NCBI GenBank assembly: GCA_965205485.1
Contig: OZ242180.1
Span: forward strand, 4,608,001 to 4,672,000
Source: Candidatus Latescibacterota bacterium
GTDB lineage: Bacteria; Latescibacterota; UBA2968; GCA-2709665
Length of the DNA stretch: 64,000 nt
Reading direction: 5' to 3'
Shown here: one piece after another, positions 58,367-64,000 of the stretch
Layout: every line of letters begins with the position of its first letter
Numbering within the stretch: the first letter of the stretch is position 1
The notes under the pieces: model-generated
What the model saw: the letters and a program-made list of their open reading frames with translations, nothing else
What the model was told of the DNA's origin: nothing
The model's database searches: none
Position numbers and translations under genes: made by a program

Positions 58367-59551
58367 ATGCTGACAAGCGAGTACGCCGATTTCGACGCCT
58401 GCGAATATGAACGACGTTTGTCCGGACTCAGGGATCTCATGTCCCGCAACCGCCTGGACGCGGTCCTGATAACCACGGACACGAACCATCGCTACTTCAC
58501 CGGGCACTGGACGCATCGCTGGGGGCACAAGTTCACTTCGCTATTCGCCCTGCTTCCTCTCGAACGCGACCCGGTTCTCATCGTCCCGCCCCTGGAAACA
58601 GGAATGTGTGAGGTGGACGCCTGGATAGAAGACCTGCGAACGTATCAACCGCCCATCCGCGTCCAGGCAGGCGTCTCCGTTCTCACCGAAGCCATCCACG
58701 AACTCGGCCCTGGCGGCGCCCGCGTCGGCGCCGAACTGGGCGGCGTACTCTGGTCGCGAATGCCTTACGACGACTTCGGCCGTTTGAAGGCCAATCTTCC
58801 CGGCGTACAATTCACCGACGCCTCGCAGCTGCTCTGGAAGACCCGATTCACAAAGTCCAGCGCCGAAATTGACTATATTCGCAAGGCAGTCGGGATCACC
58901 GATCGAGCCTATCGCACGCTTTTTTCCACCGTCAGACCGGGTATGACGGAAAGGGAACTATACAGCCTGTTTTGCGTGGAGCACCTGAAACGGGGAATGG
59001 ACGCGCCCGGTTCGATCACGCTGGCCACGTGCATCCCTGGAGACGCGCGCAGCAGCAATCGAAGCCTGCGCCGTCACACCGACCGCGTGCTGACCGATGG
59101 CGAACTCATCGCCCACGACGCGGGCGGCGTGTACCGCGGATACTGGTCAGACTACACCCGGATGTTCGCGCTGGGCCGGGCTGCACGGAAACACAAGGAC
59201 GCGTACAGGACCGTCCACGGTTGCCTGCAAGCCGCGATCAATGCGATCAGGCCGGGCATTCCCATATCGAACCTGGTCCGCGTTTCGAACGATTCACTGA
59301 GGAATGCGGGCTACGTGGAGCAGGCGCGGCTCGTCACCGGGATCGGCCACGCCATCGGCCTCGACATCATCGAACCCCCGTTCATCGAACTCGAAGACGA
59401 TACCCTGTTGGAGCAAGGCATGGTCCTGACCGTCGAACCCTCCCTGTATACAGACGGCGCGTATTTCATGCTCGAAGAGGATGTTGTCGTGACCGATACC
59501 GGTTGCGAGATCCTCTCCGAACCCGCTCCCGGCGACCTGCCCATTCTGTAG
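58367..59551 (+). CDS. M24 family Xaa-Pro peptidase-like protein
   Basis: N-terminal creatinase domain and metal ligands in HDAGG, SDYTR, GHAIG, VEP and LEED. Confidence 0.9.
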   Translation: MLTSEYADFDACEYERRLSGLRDLMSRNRLDAVLITTDTNHRYFTGHWTHRWGHKFTSLFALLPLERDPVLIVPPLETGMCEVDAWIEDLRTYQPPIRVQAGVSVLTEAIHELGPGGARVGAELGGVLWSRMPYDDFGRLKANLPGVQFTDASQLLWKTRFTKSSAEIDYIRKAVGITDRAYRTLFSTVRPGMTERELYSLFCVEHLKRGMDAPGSITLATCIPGDARSSNRSLRRHTDRVLTDGELIAHDAGGVYRGYWSDYTRMFALGRAARKHKDAYRTVHGCLQAAINAIRPGIPISNLVRVSNDSLRNAGYVEQARLVTGIGHAIGLDIIEPPFIELEDDTLLEQGMVLTVEPSLYTDGAYFMLEEDVVVTDTGCEILSEPAPGDLPIL

Positions 59552-59560
59552 CAACCCGCC

Positions 59561-59591
59561 CGAAAAAGGGGCGCGCGGCGCCCCTTTTTCG
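59561..59591. terminator. Bidirectional intrinsic terminator
   Basis: CGAAAAAGGGGCGC-GCG-GCGCCCCTTTTTCG between convergent genes. Confidence 0.88.
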
Positions 59592-59621
59592 CTGCGATTC
59601 TCCATTTGTCCGATGCAGCCG

Positions 59622-60953
59622 TCAGAAAGACTGCAGATCCTGGATCACCAGTCCTGAATAGACCTTCGGATAAAAGAAAGTGGATTTGGGAGGCATTCGC
59701 TCCCCGGCCAGCACGACGTCGCGCAACTGGTCCATGCCGACCGGATTGAGAAAGAATCCCGCCCGGTCGGGTGCGCCCTTCACCAGGTCCAGTACTTCGC
59801 ACTCGACCTTTACGAACTTCACCTTTTCGCCCCGGGTCAGTGTTTCCGGATCCAGGTCCAGTACCCTGCCCAGTATCAGTTGCAGCAAGCCCGTGTCCAG
59901 CGACCGCCAGGCCGCTGAGTGTCTTTCGACGTCGAGATCAGACGCCCGAACACCGCTCTTCAACCTCAGATAGTGAACGTCGGAACACGCTCCGTGGCAG
60001 AATCCGAACACCGCCCCGCTCCCGCCGCGCCGTTTCAACTCTCGCAACACCGATTGCAAATTGCCGAGTGGCAGCCGTTCGACGTCACACAGTTCCGGAA
60101 GTCCCCTGGTGAGTCTTTCGATCCCGCCGGCACCCAGATCCACGACCACCCGGTGAATCGCATTGATGGCCATCCCCTCCGTGTCGTCCATATTCACGAG
60201 CGTCTGCATCCGGTACCCGTAGGGCTTGCCCTGCCAATCCTCTCCCTCAGCCGCCGCGCATTCGTCCCGGTACGCCACCGCGGTTTCGTATCGATGGTGG
60301 CCGTCCGCGATGAAGAACGGCTTGTCTCTCAGCGCGCCGGCAACGCCGCTTACGATCGTCTGATCGGTTACCCGCCAGAAACGGTGTCCGACGCCATCCG
60401 CCCCCTGAAACGCGAACAGCGGGGACGCGTCCAGGACCGGCGCCACGATTTCCCGCACCTGGCCGGCGGGATCGGAGTATAACGAAAAAATCTGGCCGAA
60501 GGCCGCCCGGGTGTGCCGCATGAGCGCCAGCCGGTCCGCCCTGGGCCCCGGCATGGTGTTCTCGTGAGGAAGAATCGCGCCCTCTCCCAGCGCGTCAGCG
60601 CGCACCAGCGCCACGATCCCCAGCCTCGTCTTGTTTTTTGTGCCATCGGGAGTACCCACGTCGAAATCCTGGGCGTAGAGATATATCCCCTCTTCACGGT
60701 CCCGAACGAGGACGCCATTGCCAAGCCAGCGTCGGAATGACCCCGCGGCGCGGGTGTAACGGTTCTCGTGGTCCGAGTCCCCCGCCTTGTCCAGGCCCTG
60801 AATGATCCGTACGATGTTGTTGGGATGCGCGTCGTACAGATCACGCTGCATCGATCCGTCAATCACATCGTAAGGCGGCGCAACCACGTTTCCAACGTCG
60901 CCTATTCTCTCAATCGAGTACCGGATTCCGCGAAAAGCCCTGATCTCCGCCAT
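59622..60953 (-). CDS. DUF1015 family protein
   Basis: PPYDVI, PHENT, IADGHHRYETA and MPPKSTFFYPK. Confidence 0.92.
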   Translation of the reverse strand: MAEIRAFRGIRYSIERIGDVGNVVAPPYDVIDGSMQRDLYDAHPNNIVRIIQGLDKAGDSDHENRYTRAAGSFRRWLGNGVLVRDREEGIYLYAQDFDVGTPDGTKNKTRLGIVALVRADALGEGAILPHENTMPGPRADRLALMRHTRAAFGQIFSLYSDPAGQVREIVAPVLDASPLFAFQGADGVGHRFWRVTDQTIVSGVAGALRDKPFFIADGHHRYETAVAYRDECAAAEGEDWQGKPYGYRMQTLVNMDDTEGMAINAIHRVVVDLGAGGIERLTRGLPELCDVERLPLGNLQSVLRELKRRGGSGAVFGFCHGACSDVHYLRLKSGVRASDLDVERHSAAWRSLDTGLLQLILGRVLDLDPETLTRGEKVKFVKVECEVLDLVKGAPDRAGFFLNPVGMDQLRDVVLAGERMPPKSTFFYPKVYSGLVIQDLQSF

Positions 60954-60984
60954 TATTATCCCTTCCAATTCTGGCTGATGGAAT

Positions 60985-61947
60985 TCACTCGACACGCCGG
61001 TCCAGCGTGGGGTATCCCAGATTCCGGTCCGTCTCGTTCAACAGCGGTTCGCCGGCCATAAATCGTCTCAGATTCTCGCAGAAAAAGTCAACCGTTCGTT
61101 CAGGACGGTAGCTCGAGACGCCGGCGGAGTGGGTCGTAATGATCACGTTCTCCATCTGCCAGAGCGGGCTGGTGGCCGGCAACGGCTCGTTTTCGAAGAC
61201 GTCCAGCCCGGCGCCGGCAATCTCACCGGATCTGAGCGCATCGATCAGGGCAGCCTCGTCCACAATCGGACCCCGGGCCGTATTGACCAGGAATGCGGAA
61301 TTCTTCATCAGGCAAAACGCATGAGCGTCGATCAACCTCTCCGTCTGCGGCGTACACGGACAGGCGATAAACACCACGTCGGATACCGACAGCAACTCTT
61401 CCAGCTGTTCCGTTCCCCACAATGCGTCCACGTAATCAGGGGTTTCCGGCTGCTGGACGTCCAATGCGAGGATTCGCATATCAAAACCACTGGCCAGCCG
61501 TGCGTAACGCCGTCCGATTCCGCCGAACCCGACAATCCCCGCCGTGGCCCCGTAGAGATCCCGGATCGGCGCGCCCTTCCATTCGCACTCAATCTGATTC
61601 CTTATGTATACGTGCAGACCGCGGAACAGCGCTGACGTCAAGGCCCACGCGTGCTCCGCCACCTGAAGCGCGTGCAGACCGCTGGCGTTGCTCAACTTAA
61701 ACCGGCCTTCACGAACCCCGGGAATGTCCATCAACATGTCCATGCCCGCGCTTGTGGTCTGAATCCATCTGACGTTCTCGGCCGCCCGGATGATCTCCTC
61801 CGTATACATTCCGAATATTACGTCCGCGTCCCCGACCACCGCGGGGGCTTCATCCATCGGTGCCATCACCACCTCGGCCCCGGGCGCGGTTCGACGCACC
61901 TGTTCGCACAACGCCTCGCTCACCGGCGGACACAGAACAATCTTCAT
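60985..61947 (-). CDS. D-2-hydroxyacid dehydrogenase (SerA-like catalytic domain)
   Basis: VAEHA, GFGGIG, NTARG, GLDVFENEPL and THSAG. Confidence 0.92.
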   Translation of the reverse strand: MKIVLCPPVSEALCEQVRRTAPGAEVVMAPMDEAPAVVGDADVIFGMYTEEIIRAAENVRWIQTTSAGMDMLMDIPGVREGRFKLSNASGLHALQVAEHAWALTSALFRGLHVYIRNQIECEWKGAPIRDLYGATAGIVGFGGIGRRYARLASGFDMRILALDVQQPETPDYVDALWGTEQLEELLSVSDVVFIACPCTPQTERLIDAHAFCLMKNSAFLVNTARGPIVDEAALIDALRSGEIAGAGLDVFENEPLPATSPLWQMENVIITTHSAGVSSYRPERTVDFFCENLRRFMAGEPLLNETDRNLGYPTLDRRVE

Positions 61948-62017
61948 GGTTGAACCTGCCTTTCCCAGGATGTACATGGCGTGTCAACTGCCCCGTACGT
62001 TCAATCCGATGCGCTCC

Positions 62018-62046
62018 TTGACAAAACCCCGACGGCTGTTTAACAT
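62018..62046 (+). promoter_or_regulatory. Promoter of the MFS gene
   Basis: TTGACA-N17-TAACAT. Confidence 0.7.
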
Positions 62047-62082
62047 ACCGTCTTCCAATCCCCGTACAACTCCTCATTCCCA

Positions 62083-63306
62083 ATGACGACATCCGCCCGA
62101 AACCCGCTTGTCGTGCCCGTCTACATTCCGTCGCTGATTCTGATGTTCGGCAACGGAATGCTTATCCCCATCCTTCCTCTTTATGCTAAGTCGTTCGGTG
62201 TATCCTACGGCGTCATCGGCGTGGTGCTGGCCGCCGAAGGCGTGGGCAGGCTGGTCGGCGCGCTGCCGGCCGGCGGGCTGCTCGGCAGAATCGGGCAGAG
62301 ATCCTCGATGGTCCTTGGCGTGAGCTGCGTTGCCGTCTCCACCTTCATGTTGTTCTGGGCGCGCGACATTTCGGAAATCATCTTCTACCGGTTTGCAGCG
62401 GGTATCGGCGGTTCGCTTTGGAACATCGCCTGCCACGCTTATCTTGCGGACGCTACTGCGGTATTCCATCGAGGACGGGCACTTTCCACCTTCGGAGGTT
62501 TCCACCGAATCGGTAGCTTCGCCGGACCCGCCGCCGGCGGCGCCCTCGGCCTGTCCTATACACTTGAAACGCCATTTCTGGTGTTTGCCGCCCTGGCAGC
62601 AGTCGTCGTATTCATTGCCGTATTCGCATTCGGAACCGGTTCGTCACGTGTGACGCCGACCGTCGGGCCCCTTCGCCTGACACGGACGCTGGGCATTTTC
62701 AAATCGCATTTTCGAGAACTCGCCACAGCGGGTACCGGACAGCTGTTTGCGCAGACCATCCGGGCTGGACGCCCGGTCGTTATCCCCCTCTACGCGGCCG
62801 ACGCGATTGGTCTGGACGTGCAGGCCATCGGCTGGATCATCACCGTTTCCGCGCTGGTTGATATGTCTCTCTTCTATCCCGCCGGCCACATTATGGACCG
62901 CTATGGAAGAAAGTTCGCCATGGTACCGTGTTTCCTGATCCAGGCGATCGCAATGGCTGCAATACCTTATACCCACAGTTTCACGGGGCTGCTTCTCGCC
63001 ACATCGCTAATGGGCCTGGGCAACGGCATCGGCGCCGGCACCATGATGACGCTGGGCGCGGACCTTGCGCCCGGTGATTCCATGGGCGAGTTTCTGGGAG
63101 CCTGGCGCCTGGTCGGCGAAACGGGCCATATGGGTGCGCCACTTGTGGTCGGTGGAATCGCCGATCTGCTCGGCCTTTCACCCGCCACTTTCGCAATTGC
63201 GGGTTTCGGCCTGCTGGCCGCGGGGACCTTTGCGTTCCTGGTTCCGGAAACCCTTAAGGATCGCCCGGCCCCCGAAGTCTCTGCGCGCGGTTCCCTGAAA
63301 GAATGA
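62083..63306 (+). CDS. MFS transporter
   Basis: About twelve TM helices and motif A repeats GxLxxRIGxR and GHIMDRYGRK. Confidence 0.92.
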   Translation: MTTSARNPLVVPVYIPSLILMFGNGMLIPILPLYAKSFGVSYGVIGVVLAAEGVGRLVGALPAGGLLGRIGQRSSMVLGVSCVAVSTFMLFWARDISEIIFYRFAAGIGGSLWNIACHAYLADATAVFHRGRALSTFGGFHRIGSFAGPAAGGALGLSYTLETPFLVFAALAAVVVFIAVFAFGTGSSRVTPTVGPLRLTRTLGIFKSHFRELATAGTGQLFAQTIRAGRPVVIPLYAADAIGLDVQAIGWIITVSALVDMSLFYPAGHIMDRYGRKFAMVPCFLIQAIAMAAIPYTHSFTGLLLATSLMGLGNGIGAGTMMTLGADLAPGDSMGEFLGAWRLVGETGHMGAPLVVGGIADLLGLSPATFAIAGFGLLAAGTFAFLVPETLKDRPAPEVSARGSLKE

Positions 63307-63517
63307 CAGCTAAAGAAAAAACCCGCGCCCTCGGGGCACAGGTTCAGATGCGCCATGATCACATTCGCCGTGAGTACCCGCGCCCCGGCGACAGCAAACC
63401 GAAAATATGGATCCCGAGGCGCCGGCAGGGGAACCGCCACAACGTCGTCCGCAATTTCAAACTCACGAAACGCATCTCGTCACCCGCCGGCGGGAGGCGG
63501 CCTCCGGCCTGAATCCA

Positions 63518-63546
63518 TTGACAACGCTCCTGCCGTCCGTTAGTAT
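63518..63546 (+). promoter_or_regulatory. Sigma70-type promoter
   Basis: TTGACA-N17-TAGTAT. Confidence 0.7.
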
Positions 63547-63595
63547 TTCGTAGACACACGCCATCGATTGTCTATCCGAAAGAGAGGCGGATCCA

Positions 63596-63796
63596 ATGAC
63601 CAGAGAAAGTCTCATTGCGTGCGTCTGCCTGCTGATCACGCTGGGCGTGATGTGGTTTGCGGATCATCCGGACAAGGTCGCAGGCAGCGTCATCCTGGGT
63701 ATTGTCTTCTGCATCTTTATTCTGGTCGCTCGTCTGAAGGGCCGGAGCGGCTCCAGAAGGTCCCGGATGATTCGAAAGACGCCGGATCAAAAATAA
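63596..63796 (+). CDS. Small two-TM membrane protein, hypothetical
   Basis: GAGG RBS, two hydrophobic helices, a basic tail and an upstream promoter. Confidence 0.65.
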   Translation: MTRESLIACVCLLITLGVMWFADHPDKVAGSVILGIVFCIFILVARLKGRSGSRRSRMIRKTPDQK

Positions 63797-63832
63797 ACGC
63801 CTTCCATCCCAACTTGAACCGACAATTACATC

Positions 63833-64000
63833 ATGCGCGCCCCACCCCGGATCTCCGTGGTCATTCCGGTTTTCAACGAGCAGGAAGCCATTCAGAACGT
63901 GCTGTCTGATATTCCGGGCCACCTCGACGCAGACGTGGTGGTTGTGGACAACGGCTCCACGGACCGAACGGTCGAACTGGCCAGACGGATGGGCGCCCGG
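63833..64000 (+). CDS. Glycosyltransferase family 2, N-terminal part (truncated by window edge; not in ORF track)
   Basis: Translates MRAPPRISVVIPVFNEQEAI...VVVVDNGSTDRT. Confidence 0.92.
   Translation, partial: MRAPPRISVVIPVFNEQEAIQNVLSDIPGHLDADVVVVDNGSTDRTVELARRMGAR

Noticed and set aside
63303..63512. 69-aa ORF overlapping the MFS stop
   Set aside because: It has low-information basic composition and no motif, so it cannot be supported.

Overview
A GC-rich bacterial chromosome segment from a diderm organism, since it encodes a TonB-dependent receptor and an OprB-type porin; taxonomy cannot be fixed from this window. It reads in five blocks. (1) 1-10 kb is housekeeping: tilS (partial), ftsH, folP, purM, holA, trxA, a GalU-like nucleotidyltransferase coupled to a glucuronokinase-like GHMP kinase, and nadA. 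(2) 10-24 kb holds transport and small catabolic operons plus two toxin-antitoxin (TA) modules. (3) 24-36 kb is an accessory/defence-like stretch: two heavily frameshifted ABC exporters, a YhaO/YhaN (Mre11/Rad50-like) pair, an orphan minimal nucleotidyltransferase (MNT), two more VapC modules and an XRE antitoxin with an eroded toxin. (4) 37.5-57.1 kb is a ~19.5 kb minus-strand catabolic run: a MocD-like di-iron oxygenase, two paralogous unknown proteins, an FAH-family protein, creatininase, CoA-transferase, acylases and a dehydratase, headed by an intact GH38-like protein that seems to have lost its zinc ligands. (5) 57-64 kb has an EamA transporter, M24 peptidase, DUF1015, D-2-hydroxyacid dehydrogenase, MFS transporter and a partial GT2. 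Two ~155-160 bp MITEs, several REP-like repeats and a promoter-terminator mini-transcription unit were read directly from the DNA. No rRNA, tRNA, CRISPR array or transposase was seen. All family calls come from motif recognition by eye, not database searches.
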